Shown piece by piece: positions 8,454 to 18,763 of a stretch of 64,000 nt of DNA. The notes beneath the pieces are model-generated. The model saw only the letters and a list, made by a program, of their open reading frames with translations. It had not been told where the DNA came from and made no database searches. The first letter of the stretch is position 1. Every line of letters starts with the position of its first letter. Both the position numbers and the translations under genes were made by a program. This DNA is from Bythopirellula sp. GTDB taxonomy: Bacteria; Planctomycetota; Planctomycetia; Pirellulales; Lacipirellulaceae. Location of the stretch: the NCBI GenBank assembly GCA_965216565.1, contig OZ244170.1, positions 608,001 through 672,000 on the forward strand. The letters run 5' to 3'.

Positions 8454-11327
8454 TCAGATGCCTTGAGGCTTAACGTCTAGCACTGGGTCAACGACCAAAA
8501 TCTCGTTCACTTTGTCTGTGAAAAGACTCTCATAGGGGATCAAGGCAGAAGGTGTGCGGCTATTTTCGTCAAGTTCGCTCAACACGCAGGCTTCGCCGTT
8601 GAGTCGGATCTCTCGCTCCGCTACGTCTTCAAAAGACTGAGCAATACGAACCTGTTTGCCGTGAGCGATTCCCGAAAATTCGAGTGATTGGAAAGGATGC
8701 CACTGGGCAGGAGAGATGCATAAGGAATCTAGACCGGGCTGGAACCCAAAAACATATCGAACTAACAATTTGAGAAGCACATTAGAACAGCCCGTCTGCC
8801 AGTCATTCATGCTTTGACCTTTGAGGTCGAGTTGAGGGTTGTCCACGTAGGAGTTCGGCATCACGAACGTAGAATGGCTTGGCGACTTGTGGTGCGAAGA
8901 AAACGGGAGGATCTTTTCAATCTGTTTCCAAGCCTGATGTGCTTCACCAAGTTTGAATAGTGCAGCAATAGCAAATGTAGTTGCGTGCACATACACAGCC
9001 CCATTCTCGGCCGTACCGCGGGGAAGCTTGGATATGCGGCCAACACCTGGCGCGTCCGAGGCAAAGCCTGGGGCAAAAGTCCTTAGTCCAAACTTGGAAT
9101 CCAGTGATTCGAAAGCCCGTAGAATATCCGCCCTTAACGTGGGGTCTTGATCAAGCATTCCTGATAAAATCCAAAAAGCATTGGAGGTGAGTCCATCACG
9201 CGAAAGTCCATCACTGTCGCAGAAACTACCTACTAGATAGGAACGCTTGTCCCCCCAGCCATGCAAGACTTTTCTTTGCTTGTCCTTCTCGACAATCGCA
9301 TAGTCCAGCAATCCTTGGAGTAATTGTTTTTGGAGCTTTTTATACCGTAGTAAATCGTCGGCGTATGATTCGGAATATGTATGCTGAAGTATATCTATGA
9401 TCTCCGAGCAGCAGTTGTAAAGCTGCAAGCTAGTCATAACGCTGACGCCAGTACCAAATGCCTTGGCGGGATCGCTTGAGATCCCCAAGCCATCGAGTGC
9501 ATCGTTCCAATCGCCATACAAAGCAAATACCAGTCCGGTTTCAGGATCGCAGTTGGCAGCCAGATAGTCCATGATTCGAATCAGATGGTCCAGCACGGAA
9601 TCGATCTCCGCGGACTGAACGATCGTAGCCCCGTCCGTAGGGGATGGGTGGTGGTATCCAACGCGTTGTTTTAGTAATGCCAAGTCTCCAGTCACAGACA
9701 GGTAACTATGCACCGTCGAGATCGCCCAAACTCCTTGGTCAATAAATTCCCGTAAATCAGCCTGGCCGGGATTTCCATTGACCGGTAGTGAATATTGACG
9801 GGGACATCGGCCATCGACCAGAACATGAGCTAAGACTTCGAGTAGCTTCTCTCTGGACTCGTCTGGCTGATCAAGGAGATGTCCTTCGATGGCCTGTAGA
9901 ACATCTCGGAAGCCGATTAACGAATTGGCCGAGGGGTGCATGTAGCCCTTTAGCAGTGCGCACACGGCAACCTGCTTCTTGAGGAAGGGCAGGAATTTGT
10001 TGAAAGTCTTGGCATTTATGTCCAATTGGCTCTTACCTTGAACTTTGAGTTCAAGTTGCCCAGATTGGTGAGCAGTCGATTTGGCAGACGCAAACGCTAA
10101 ATCGACATCGCAGGAAGAGAGCGGTCGATCTAGTTCAATTTCCAACACTTCCAAGCTATCTGGAGTAGAGAAAATATGGTCTCCCCGGAAATAGCAGTTA
10201 GCTGGCAAAGTCATTCGAGCAATGTTTGCCACGACGGCGTTCTCTTTGAAGACCGTCATCGGAACTTCCTGAGCAACTCTACCTGTTTCTAGAAACTCCG
10301 CTGTATTAAGACTGCGTCTAGTCGATCCAATGAGTGCCAAGCGAGAAGTGCATACTTGCGAGTGAATTTCTGTGGCTGCATTTGAAGGGTTTTGTGGACT
10401 GCCATTCTGAGCCTTAATCGATAAAGGTAGGAAAGCTCCAGTAGTTGCATCCCGTATACTCACTGCGCGCCTCAGGAGTGCATAGTTGCTAATCGACTGG
10501 AAACGATCGACGTCTTCGGTAGTCGTAATGACAAATGGTGGCAACACAGCGCCGGCGTCAGGATCACTGACTGCTGTCGCACCGGTTCGGAGTGAAGAGG
10601 TGTCGACATGGATTTTCTTGAACCAGCAGTCTTCATTAGTTTCTACGAATCGATGACGACAGAATGGGTTCATGTATGCTGCTGCAAAGGTTTCTAGAGG
10701 CCCATTGGTCTTGTTTTCAATAAGAACGGAGAATTTGATATGGACATGGTTTGGACGGGATTGATCAACAAAGACACGCACCGCACTCAGTATCTCCGGA
10801 GTCTCAGAAATGAAATAAGTAGCGTCGTGACCGATCACCGTGTAGCGGTCGACTACCTTAGATTCACCACTTTCCACGAAGGGCGTCGGCAATAAAGCAT
10901 GGGATGTGAAGGATGCCTGCCCAACAGGACGTACTCCAGCAAAAAAAGAGATAGGGGGATCTTGACCTTCTTGGGTAGGAAGAAACAAGAAGTAGAGGCC
11001 CTGGTTGCCGTGCATGGCTCCTGAGGCATTTATCCAGAAATTGAAACCTTCCGATCCGTAGGGATAACGGCTATCACCTTGTGTTCGTTCCCTGCACAGA
11101 ACTCGACCGTCCTCTAGAAAGGCCACATTACCCGGCAAACGAGGCGATTGGCCTTCCCTAATGGCAGATTCGCACAAATCTACTTGTTCACGAAGTAGAC
11201 GTACTTGTCCCCGAAACTGCAGTTCTTCAGGAATTGACGTCGAATCGCCTGGCTGGTCGGGCGTGCTTGGTCGTCGGAGGGCATCGAGGTGAGGCATGCT
11301 GTCGATCTTGGTACCAGTTGGATTCAA
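8454..11327 (-). CDS. GH94-family glycoside phosphorylase (cellobiose/laminaribiose phosphorylase-like); alternative ATG 11297
   Basis: GFRDVLQ, GDWNDALD (catalytic Asp), G.SVMTS.Q, ENGAVYVHA, W.TG motifs; no signal peptide. Confidence 0.85.
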   Translation of the reverse strand: MNPTGTKIDSMPHLDALRRPSTPDQPGDSTSIPEELQFRGQVRLLREQVDLCESAIREGQSPRLPGNVAFLEDGRVLCRERTQGDSRYPYGSEGFNFWINASGAMHGNQGLYFLFLPTQEGQDPPISFFAGVRPVGQASFTSHALLPTPFVESGESKVVDRYTVIGHDATYFISETPEILSAVRVFVDQSRPNHVHIKFSVLIENKTNGPLETFAAAYMNPFCRHRFVETNEDCWFKKIHVDTSSLRTGATAVSDPDAGAVLPPFVITTTEDVDRFQSISNYALLRRAVSIRDATTGAFLPLSIKAQNGSPQNPSNAATEIHSQVCTSRLALIGSTRRSLNTAEFLETGRVAQEVPMTVFKENAVVANIARMTLPANCYFRGDHIFSTPDSLEVLEIELDRPLSSCDVDLAFASAKSTAHQSGQLELKVQGKSQLDINAKTFNKFLPFLKKQVAVCALLKGYMHPSANSLIGFRDVLQAIEGHLLDQPDESREKLLEVLAHVLVDGRCPRQYSLPVNGNPGQADLREFIDQGVWAISTVHSYLSVTGDLALLKQRVGYHHPSPTDGATIVQSAEIDSVLDHLIRIMDYLAANCDPETGLVFALYGDWNDALDGLGISSDPAKAFGTGVSVMTSLQLYNCCSEIIDILQHTYSESYADDLLRYKKLQKQLLQGLLDYAIVEKDKQRKVLHGWGDKRSYLVGSFCDSDGLSRDGLTSNAFWILSGMLDQDPTLRADILRAFESLDSKFGLRTFAPGFASDAPGVGRISKLPRGTAENGAVYVHATTFAIAALFKLGEAHQAWKQIEKILPFSSHHKSPSHSTFVMPNSYVDNPQLDLKGQSMNDWQTGCSNVLLKLLVRYVFGFQPGLDSLCISPAQWHPFQSLEFSGIAHGKQVRIAQSFEDVAEREIRLNGEACVLSELDENSRTPSALIPYESLFTDKVNEILVVDPVLDVKPQGI

Positions 11328-11421
11328 TGTATACTGCTATGCAGTTGGCCAGGATCGATGTAAATCCTTACTGCATAATGCATGAGGGCCACATCTGGCC
11401 TGGACTTGCAGTGTTGCAATC

Positions 11422-11450
11422 TTGCGTTACTTCGCATACTTAATTAAGAT
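11422..11450 (+). promoter_or_regulatory. Promoter TTGCGT-N17-TAAGAT overlapped by putative ROK operator (11425-11449)
   Basis: CGTTACTTCGC-ATA-CTTAATTAAGA matches the sites at 19883 and 23071. Confidence 0.7.
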
Positions 11451-11457
11451 ACATTCT

Positions 11458-12591
11458 ATGTCAAATTCCCTAACAGGCAAGCCGCAGCTTAGTCGTTTTG
11501 TCAATCGACGCCTGATTTTGGACAAAATTCGCCGTGATGGGCAAATATCGCGTGCCGAATTGGCAAAGCAAACCTCAATTCGCCCCCCCACGGTCTCCGC
11601 GATTGTTAAGCAGCTAATCGTCGAAGGGCTGGTCGAGGAAATTGGAGCAGGTGAAACTAGTGGCGGCCGTGCCCCGCGCATGATTGCTCTCTCGAGGAAT
11701 CAGCCGCAAGCGCTCGGTTTCGAGATGAGCGAAACTTCGATTCTGGCGGGACTCTACGACCTGGGAGGACGCCTCTGTGCGCACCATCAAGAGCCATTCT
11801 CTCCAGAACCTCCTGAGCAATCCGTAGACCGTCTTTACGAGATCGGAACTCGTTTGCTGAAGGATGTAGATCTCGAATGGCAGAACCTTCAGGGGGTAGG
11901 AGTTGCGATTCCCGGTCATCTAAATATTGCCGAGGGTATAGTTCGCTGGAGTAGTCCCTTTAACTGGCGGGACACACCGTTCAAAGAGCTTTGCGAGCAG
12001 CGGTGGAATGTAACAACCGATGTCGTGAATGATTCACTGGCTGGAGGCATGGCTGCGCATCTCTTTGATACGGCACAAACGGTTAACAACTTGGTGTTTT
12101 TGTATTTGCGATTCCAGGATGAATCACACGGAGTCATCGGACTAGGTACGGGCATTATCACCAACGGCGAGCCCTATCACGGAGAGTTTGGTGCTGCGGG
12201 AGAAATCACGACACCCGTAAAGCACCCACTTCTTCACGCGCGGATACAAGATTCCAGCAGATACGAAACGGTCGAATCTTTCACGCAAGCTGTACAGAGA
12301 GGCGATCAACCGGCGGTTCACGCGATGAAGTGTGTTGCAGATGAGCTTGCCCCGTTAGTCGTGCATATTGTCAATCTGCTTGAACCTGGCGTACTGATGA
12401 TAGGTTCTGATGCCCCTGTGTTACGAGACACGCTTCTCAATCATTGGCAAGATACGGTTGAAGAAAGAAGCCTGCCTTATGAAGCCGGGAAAACTCAACT
12501 GATTCCTTCAACCCTAGGGGAATTCGGAGTTGTCCAAGGAGCAATCGTGCCAACCCTGCAGCGAGTATTTCGTATTCCCCAATGGTCTTAG
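11458..12591 (+). CDS. ROK-family (NagC/XylR-like) transcriptional repressor
   Basis: N-terminal wHTH (NRRLIL..IR..G.ISRAELA..T.I..PTVS.IV..L), GGR.P, GVGVAIPG, G.AGEI; ATG 11458 preferred to TTG 11422. Confidence 0.93.
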   Translation: MSNSLTGKPQLSRFVNRRLILDKIRRDGQISRAELAKQTSIRPPTVSAIVKQLIVEGLVEEIGAGETSGGRAPRMIALSRNQPQALGFEMSETSILAGLYDLGGRLCAHHQEPFSPEPPEQSVDRLYEIGTRLLKDVDLEWQNLQGVGVAIPGHLNIAEGIVRWSSPFNWRDTPFKELCEQRWNVTTDVVNDSLAGGMAAHLFDTAQTVNNLVFLYLRFQDESHGVIGLGTGIITNGEPYHGEFGAAGEITTPVKHPLLHARIQDSSRYETVESFTQAVQRGDQPAVHAMKCVADELAPLVVHIVNLLEPGVLMIGSDAPVLRDTLLNHWQDTVEERSLPYEAGKTQLIPSTLGEFGVVQGAIVPTLQRVFRIPQWS

Positions 12592-12664
12592 AATTGTGGG
12601 GCCTTGAGGTTGTGGGTCCAGTGCCTCCAGCGAACCATCTTTGCTCTCGCGGAGATTCTACCAA

Positions 12665-14161
12665 ATGTCGTTTCATCCATTACCAGTCGCAGGAGTGCTT
12701 TGTTGCATTTTCAGCAGTGTGGCTGCTTCTTCAGACGGCAGATATGAAATGCCGATCGCAAACTTCGGCTTTGACCTAAGAACTAGCCAGGGAGGCTTCT
12801 ATCGAGCGATTGGGGGACGGCCCACAGAAGTTTCGGATAGATTTGTTGCAATAGGTAAGTCACAACGTCCAGCTTGGCGAGTTGATCTAGCCAACGAGGC
12901 CCCTAGGCAACAGGCTGGGGCGATCGTTCCTCTTTTTGACAATGCTTTGAAGAAGCCGTCTCTTGTCAATCTTCAAACAGGCGATCAACTGGTTGGCCAA
13001 TTTGCCGGGGATTTGGGCAAGCGAAAGCTTCAAGTCGAGTTCTTGTTTTCGACTGACCCCGAAACCCGGGGAATACCCATCGGCACGATTCCCGCTAGAC
13101 AGCTTCACGCTACCAAGTGGAAGACTATCAAGCTTCCCATCTCTGTTGAAGCAAGAAAGCAACGGGCAACGTTTCTGCGTTTCACAGCCGAAGGTCCAGG
13201 GGAGTGTTGGTTTGCGATCAACACGCTGAAACTAGTATCTCGCGGTTCAGCAACCGAGGGCCTCAAGGCAGCGAGGAGCAAGCCACAAGAAAAGACACTT
13301 CGTAAAGCACTGTGGCACTGGCATACTATGGAAACTCTACCAGATAAAGAGCAGTCAATTGCTTTGCTAGAACTGTGCCAGGCTCAGCGAATTACCGATC
13401 TCTACTGTCAGGTGCCATACTCTTACGAAGATGAAAAAGTTGAGCTTCATCTGGTCGAACAGCAGCGCGAGTTCAATTCGGCAGCGTTAGAGCGTGGCAT
13501 TGCGGTACACGTTCTTGATGGCGACCCCAGCTTCATCTTTCAACGCAATCATTCTCGAGTAATTCGATTGGTCGAAGCCATCGAGGATTTCAACAGACAC
13601 TCAGTGCCCCGTGAACGCTACCGAGGTATTCATTTAGACAACGAGCCCCATGTGCTGAAAGAATGGCAGGACGACCAACAGCGTAGTGATCTCATTTACC
13701 AGTATATTCAATTGAACCGACAGCTTAGCCATATGACTAAGAGTTTGGATATGGACTACGGGGTCGACATTCCGTTCTGGTGGGATGCCCATGATTCGGA
13801 AGGACGAGCTCGGTTTACTTATGATTCAGACTCCAGGAAGCAGCCTATTCTGGAAGTGCTGTTTCCTTTGTTAGATAACGTGGGTGTCATGTCTTATCGA
13901 GATCGAGTAACGGGCCCCAATGGTGTAGTCGCCCATTGTCTCGGAGAATTTGAATTAGGAGAGCGGCTTGGCACTGCGGTCTTTGCATCTGTCGAGTTGG
14001 GAGTGGGGCCTGATGTTGAGCCCGGCACGACGTTTGGCGTTCACCCTTGGCGGTACTTCCGAGGACAGCTGGATTCTCTAGAGCGGATATTGGCTCATTC
14101 ACCCGGCTGTGCCGGTTTGGCAATTCACCACGCCCAGCCATTCGCTGAGGCAATGAAGTAG
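12665..14161 (+). CDS. Secreted protein: beta-sandwich (CBM-like) domain plus putative TIM-barrel glycoside hydrolase-like domain
   Basis: Signal-like N-terminus; GIHLDNEPH, DIPFWW, VMSYRD, SVE strand-end acidic motifs. Confidence 0.55.
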   Translation: MSFHPLPVAGVLCCIFSSVAASSDGRYEMPIANFGFDLRTSQGGFYRAIGGRPTEVSDRFVAIGKSQRPAWRVDLANEAPRQQAGAIVPLFDNALKKPSLVNLQTGDQLVGQFAGDLGKRKLQVEFLFSTDPETRGIPIGTIPARQLHATKWKTIKLPISVEARKQRATFLRFTAEGPGECWFAINTLKLVSRGSATEGLKAARSKPQEKTLRKALWHWHTMETLPDKEQSIALLELCQAQRITDLYCQVPYSYEDEKVELHLVEQQREFNSAALERGIAVHVLDGDPSFIFQRNHSRVIRLVEAIEDFNRHSVPRERYRGIHLDNEPHVLKEWQDDQQRSDLIYQYIQLNRQLSHMTKSLDMDYGVDIPFWWDAHDSEGRARFTYDSDSRKQPILEVLFPLLDNVGVMSYRDRVTGPNGVVAHCLGEFELGERLGTAVFASVELGVGPDVEPGTTFGVHPWRYFRGQLDSLERILAHSPGCAGLAIHHAQPFAEAMK

Positions 14162-14169
14162 GGCGTCCT

Positions 14170-16653
14170 TCAGCTCTCGGCCTCGGTATCAATGCTTGTC
14201 CAGTCCATCGAGCCAATCAGGCGGAAGAGAATGGCGGTCGCTACGACACCGTATGCGGCAAAGCCTGCCGCCGGAATATATTGGCCAAAGCACAAGTGAC
14301 CAAGGGAAAAGATCATTGAAAATAGACCGGTGACGCCAAGGCACCACGCGCACCACTCTCTCCAGCCCACAACCAGACAATCTGGATGACCAGCCAACGC
14401 AGGGATAGGCCCCCAGGCACCTGCTGGTCGGACACGCTTGTAGAATTTTACCAGATGGTCCGTCTGCTCGGGGCCGGTAAGAAATGTAACGCATAGCCAC
14501 ACGACTGAGGTAACAACCAAGTTTACCGTAAAGCGAACCGCATACTCGTCTAACCAATACTCAGGCATTCCCAAATAGCCAAGCAGAGAATGAAAGATCG
14601 AAGTCGTACGCAGCAATGTGAATACCGTCAGAGACGACAGCATGGCAGAGATCTCTGTCCAGGCATTGATTCGCCACCAGTACCAACGCAGTGGGATGAC
14701 AATTCCCGCTCCAGACATCAATTCAAAATAGATGATCCACTGATCGCCAATCGAGCTGGCATAGAATGCCGAGATACCAGCAATCAGTGCTAAGCCACAC
14801 GAAGCCAGCTGAGAGACTCTCACTAAGGTCTTGTCGCTACTATTCGGATGGATGAATCGCTTGTAGAGATCGTTGACCACATACGAGGCACCGAAGTTTA
14901 CATGCGTGGAAATTGTCGACATGTAAGCCGCCATCAACGCTGCAACCATCAGCCCTTTGAGTCCCACCGGCAAGTACTTCATAAGCATGATCACGTAGGC
15001 ATGTTCTTGGTCAAAGTGAGGCGAGTATGCAGTTACATTGGGAACCAAAAAAAGTGACGCAATTCCTACCACGATCCAGGGCCAGGGCCGGAGAACGAAC
15101 ATGGCGAAGTTGTACCACAGCATGGCCAGCACTGAATGCCATTCGTTCTTGCATGAGAAAATGCGCTGAGCGAGAAACCCGTCGCCCGCACCACCTGCCC
15201 ACCACTGCAAACTGATAAAGACGATAAAGGCCCAGACGGCAAGGAAACCAGCTTCTAAATCGAACGGGGGCAGGAAGCTTGTGATCTTCTTGGCCGAAAG
15301 CACCTGATCGTTCCGCCAAACAGCCATAATCTCTCCAGCATCTTTCACGCCTGCGGTGCGTACACGCTCAAGCAGTTGGCTATCCGTCAATGCTAGTGTG
15401 GCAAAACGATAACGGCTGGTCGAAGTTTCTGCCTCTGATACCTGGTCCTCAAACAGAATTCTTGCCCGGAGTAATTCCTGGCGAATTTGCTCGTCTGTGA
15501 GTCGAGACTTGCTGAAAGTGTAAGCCTGCTTCCAGATTTCAAGAACTGCAGCGTGCTGCGAGGGAGAAAGAGCTAATTGATCAAGTCGGTCAGAAACTTC
15601 GTCACCCGTCAGCCCATCGACGTTCCAAATGAGCGAATTGTCCGTCGGGACAGAATTGGTGGGTATGAATAGGTCACTCGCGACCAATTGTTCCACAACC
15701 TCACTGGCAGAGTGCTCCTCCAAAGGCTGATCTTGCCCCTCATTTTGTCGCTGCCTTATCGCTAATGCTGCGACAAGTCCAGCTTGGGATACGACATCCC
15801 GTTTCACTGCTGTTCGATTCTTGACAACGCCACTTTCGACAGCTTCGGTAGCCTCCTGAACCATGTTGGCAGGTCCGCCAGCTACTCTTAAGACAACCCC
15901 CATGAGAATCACAGTAGCCGCCATGGCAAAAAAGAACTGAAAGAAATCAGTCGCCATAACCCCCCACAGACCAGCGATTGTGGTGTAGGCGGCGGCCACA
16001 CCGAAACAGATCAATATCCCAGTTGCCTTGGCTGAAATAATCGCAGTCCCGAGAACCGGCCAGACAGCAATGGAATCTATAGGGATCACTGAAGTAACGG
16101 TAACGCCTTTTGCAACAATTTCCGGAAGCCATTGGTTCTTTAGGAAAACAAGAGTGGGAATATCGAGTGTCACGTCAAGGATCTTCGTCATCGCTAGCGT
16201 GACCCAGCCCATTGTTAGCGTGTTGCGAATGAGCGAGATGAAGCTGGCTTGAAATATCCTCAGCCCTGCTGCCGGCTTACCAGCATAGCGCAGCTCGTTG
16301 AATTCCTGATCGGTGAGCACACGGGCACGACGCCACAGCCTGGCAAAAAAGAAGGTGCAGAGCATGAAGCCCATGATTCCTCCCCACCAAAACCAGTTTT
16401 GCTGCAGGCCGATAGTTCGGGACCAGCCTGAGATAACAAGCGGAGTATCCGCGGCAAAGCTAGTGGCTACCATCGAAGTGCCGGCGACCCACCAAGTCAT
16501 CTTTCTGCCGGCTACAAAGTAATCAGAGACGCTACTGACGGCACGTCGAGAAAAGAAGAAACCGATCATCAAGGTGATCAGAAAAAAGACGCCAATAACG
16601 ATCCAATCCCACGTAGCAAGAGGATCGAGTATGTGCATTGCCGAGCCATCCAA
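14170..16653 (-). CDS. Sodium:solute symporter (SSS) with a large soluble insertion
   Basis: DYFVAGR, SMVATSFAADTP, GLWGVMATD, AQRIFS, AAYMST, VNDLY motifs. Confidence 0.92.
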   Translation of the reverse strand: MDGSAMHILDPLATWDWIVIGVFFLITLMIGFFFSRRAVSSVSDYFVAGRKMTWWVAGTSMVATSFAADTPLVISGWSRTIGLQQNWFWWGGIMGFMLCTFFFARLWRRARVLTDQEFNELRYAGKPAAGLRIFQASFISLIRNTLTMGWVTLAMTKILDVTLDIPTLVFLKNQWLPEIVAKGVTVTSVIPIDSIAVWPVLGTAIISAKATGILICFGVAAAYTTIAGLWGVMATDFFQFFFAMAATVILMGVVLRVAGGPANMVQEATEAVESGVVKNRTAVKRDVVSQAGLVAALAIRQRQNEGQDQPLEEHSASEVVEQLVASDLFIPTNSVPTDNSLIWNVDGLTGDEVSDRLDQLALSPSQHAAVLEIWKQAYTFSKSRLTDEQIRQELLRARILFEDQVSEAETSTSRYRFATLALTDSQLLERVRTAGVKDAGEIMAVWRNDQVLSAKKITSFLPPFDLEAGFLAVWAFIVFISLQWWAGGAGDGFLAQRIFSCKNEWHSVLAMLWYNFAMFVLRPWPWIVVGIASLFLVPNVTAYSPHFDQEHAYVIMLMKYLPVGLKGLMVAALMAAYMSTISTHVNFGASYVVNDLYKRFIHPNSSDKTLVRVSQLASCGLALIAGISAFYASSIGDQWIIYFELMSGAGIVIPLRWYWWRINAWTEISAMLSSLTVFTLLRTTSIFHSLLGYLGMPEYWLDEYAVRFTVNLVVTSVVWLCVTFLTGPEQTDHLVKFYKRVRPAGAWGPIPALAGHPDCLVVGWREWCAWCLGVTGLFSMIFSLGHLCFGQYIPAAGFAAYGVVATAILFRLIGSMDWTSIDTEAES

Positions 16654-16808
16654 GAAAGGTAGTTCGCTAGAAGGCGTGAGTTAAATTGCTACCTAGACTA
16701 TAGACTTGCAACACAAGATTCGTAAGTGAGTGGTCCAGGGTGGAATTTATCCATTGCGTGATACTATTGTCTCGAACCGAGGGCGACGTGCCGTGCGGCC
16801 TAGTTTTA

Positions 16809-17291
16809 CTAGTTTTTCACAAAAAGCTCGGCTGCCTCTTCAGCGCTCATCTCGTGAATGCCGCCACGAACCCGCACTGCGTAGATTCTCCCATCGACTC
16901 CCTGTTGTTCGAACGCCGCGTACGGAGAGCCTGATGCGTCATCTGCAGAAACAACCTCTCCGCTCACAATGACGAGAGGACGGTTATCTCGATACGAATC
17001 GTAGAGTTGGTCGGGATTTTCCACATTGTACAGTCTTAGCTCATCGGCTCGTGATTCTAGAAAACGATAAAAGTCTTGATTGTCCTTGGGCGGCCTGCCT
17101 TTATGTGTATTTAAGTAAGCACCATAAAACTCGCCGACGATACCTAAGATAGCTCGCGTCATTCGGTCGTTATCATTGGGCTCTGGTTTGCTAGTGCCAC
17201 AGCCTACAGCGAACAAGACGAGTAGCGAGGTGAGCAATCTAGTAGAACGCCAAGTGCCGGTCTCAAGAATTGAGCTTTTGAAATCTGACAT
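16809..17291 (-). CDS. Lipoprotein, DUF1559-associated
   Basis: Lipobox LFAVGC after an h-region; ATG at 17291; directly downstream of the DUF1559 gene. Confidence 0.7.
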   Translation of the reverse strand: MSDFKSSILETGTWRSTRLLTSLLVLFAVGCGTSKPEPNDNDRMTRAILGIVGEFYGAYLNTHKGRPPKDNQDFYRFLESRADELRLYNVENPDQLYDSYRDNRPLVIVSGEVVSADDASGSPYAAFEQQGVDGRIYAVRVRGGIHEMSAEEAAELFVKN

Positions 17292-17331
17292 TATTAATAT
17301 GGTCACTAGTTTGTGGAGTGTTTTGGATAGA

Positions 17332-18486
17332 TCAATCGTTGGCAAGCAATTCCCCGCCGTTCCGAGTGCCCATGCCATTGAAGATAAGCACATCAACGTC
17401 GAAAGAAATCACTCTTACCGATCCGTCGGCGAACACGGCATTGATCCCACTAGGATGCGATGAGCCAAAGAAATACACATCCCCAGATGCACCAGTGCAG
17501 TACTTGTTATCTGGACCCGTCAGACTCTCGTCGAGGCAGATTCCGGTGTCGCCATCGCTGATTGGCTGATACCCGGTAAAGCGAACTGTGTCTGGGTCCC
17601 AGCCATCGGTCCAGCCACGATCATCTGAGTAGCTTGTTGTCCCGTCGGGAGCCACCGTATCGGTCATGTCGAAACGTACATATTTCTCGCTGATGAGCAG
17701 GGTATTACTCAGGCCATCGGTCACGTTGGCAGGTTTTGTGGGCGAGGGGCCTTCGAAATTAACTTGATCTAACTCGGCGGGACTAGTATTCGAAGCTGCA
17801 AACTTGACGCGGTAGGAAGTACGGACGATTACACCATCGTATACATAGACAAAAGTTTCGAAGGGCAACAAATCTGGTGTCGGCTTGGTACACCAGTACG
17901 CCTTTTCAGCTTCTGCATGAGAATTAGCGGTATAAGGGTGAGTTACGTTAAGATCGTACCGCGAGACACCATCGTAGTCTTGTCCACACTGCAAGCTGAG
18001 GGGATGCGCTGAAGCATAGTCGCAGAGCGCTGCAACTGGACCTCCAACGACAGGGGTGTCAGCCACAGTGGGTGCGCGACGCGATGGACAGAAATAGAGA
18101 GGGATTACAGTTCGCTGAATATCTGCTTGGGTGAGGATTCCTTTCACGGCTCCCTGCTCCAAGTACGGCAATATCTGGTAGGCCCATCCTAGTCCTTGTC
18201 TCTTCGGCCCGTTGGGCGTTCCTGGATTGTCTTTGCCGCCTGATACGTAGTTGCTCAGCAAAGGGTTGTAAGTGCTACCGCCAGTAGGAAATACGTCCAA
18301 GGCATCGACATGATTCTGAATCGCTAAGCCGATTTGCTTGACTTTGTTCATGCAACTCACACGCCGAGCCGCCTCACGCGCCGACTGCACAGCCGGAAGA
18401 AGTAAGGCAACCAAAACACCAATGATTGCGATCACAACTAGCAATTCGACAAGCGTGAACGCGTTAGTCTTTTTCCTATGATGCAT
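17332..18486 (-). CDS. DUF1559 prepilin-type N-terminal cleavage/methylation protein
   Basis: AFTLVELLVVIAIIGVLVALLLPAVQSAREAARR..C; FCPS; DGLSNT; H-x9-DG motif (HPSGINAVFADGSV); upstream ATGs at 18519/18609 possible. Confidence 0.93.
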   Translation of the reverse strand: MHHRKKTNAFTLVELLVVIAIIGVLVALLLPAVQSAREAARRVSCMNKVKQIGLAIQNHVDALDVFPTGGSTYNPLLSNYVSGGKDNPGTPNGPKRQGLGWAYQILPYLEQGAVKGILTQADIQRTVIPLYFCPSRRAPTVADTPVVGGPVAALCDYASAHPLSLQCGQDYDGVSRYDLNVTHPYTANSHAEAEKAYWCTKPTPDLLPFETFVYVYDGVIVRTSYRVKFAASNTSPAELDQVNFEGPSPTKPANVTDGLSNTLLISEKYVRFDMTDTVAPDGTTSYSDDRGWTDGWDPDTVRFTGYQPISDGDTGICLDESLTGPDNKYCTGASGDVYFFGSSHPSGINAVFADGSVRVISFDVDVLIFNGMGTRNGGELLAND

Positions 18487-18763
18487 AAGGGCAAGTCGAA
18501 TTCGCCGGGAGCTGCTCATGCTTCGTTCGTGCGCTGCGTTTTCAAAGGCGAGTATTCGGTGCCTGTTGAAGTGGCAGGAACAGAGAAGATTTGTCATAGC
18601 CGTATTCATGTGTCACTCGCGAATGAAGGCAGTCGTGTTTTCAATAAAACTCTGGCCGAGAAAGTGATTTGGCTTTGTCAATTGACTCAATGTCCCTACA
18701 GGTAGGATCGAGTTGCGACGGTGCCGGGCTGCCCCATACGGCACTGTTGTTTCCAAGAGTTTC

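Noticed and set aside
18716..18749. Inverted repeat between the PEP-CTERM and DUF1559 genes as a terminator
   Set aside because: Two mismatches on the transcribed (minus) strand and no U-tract
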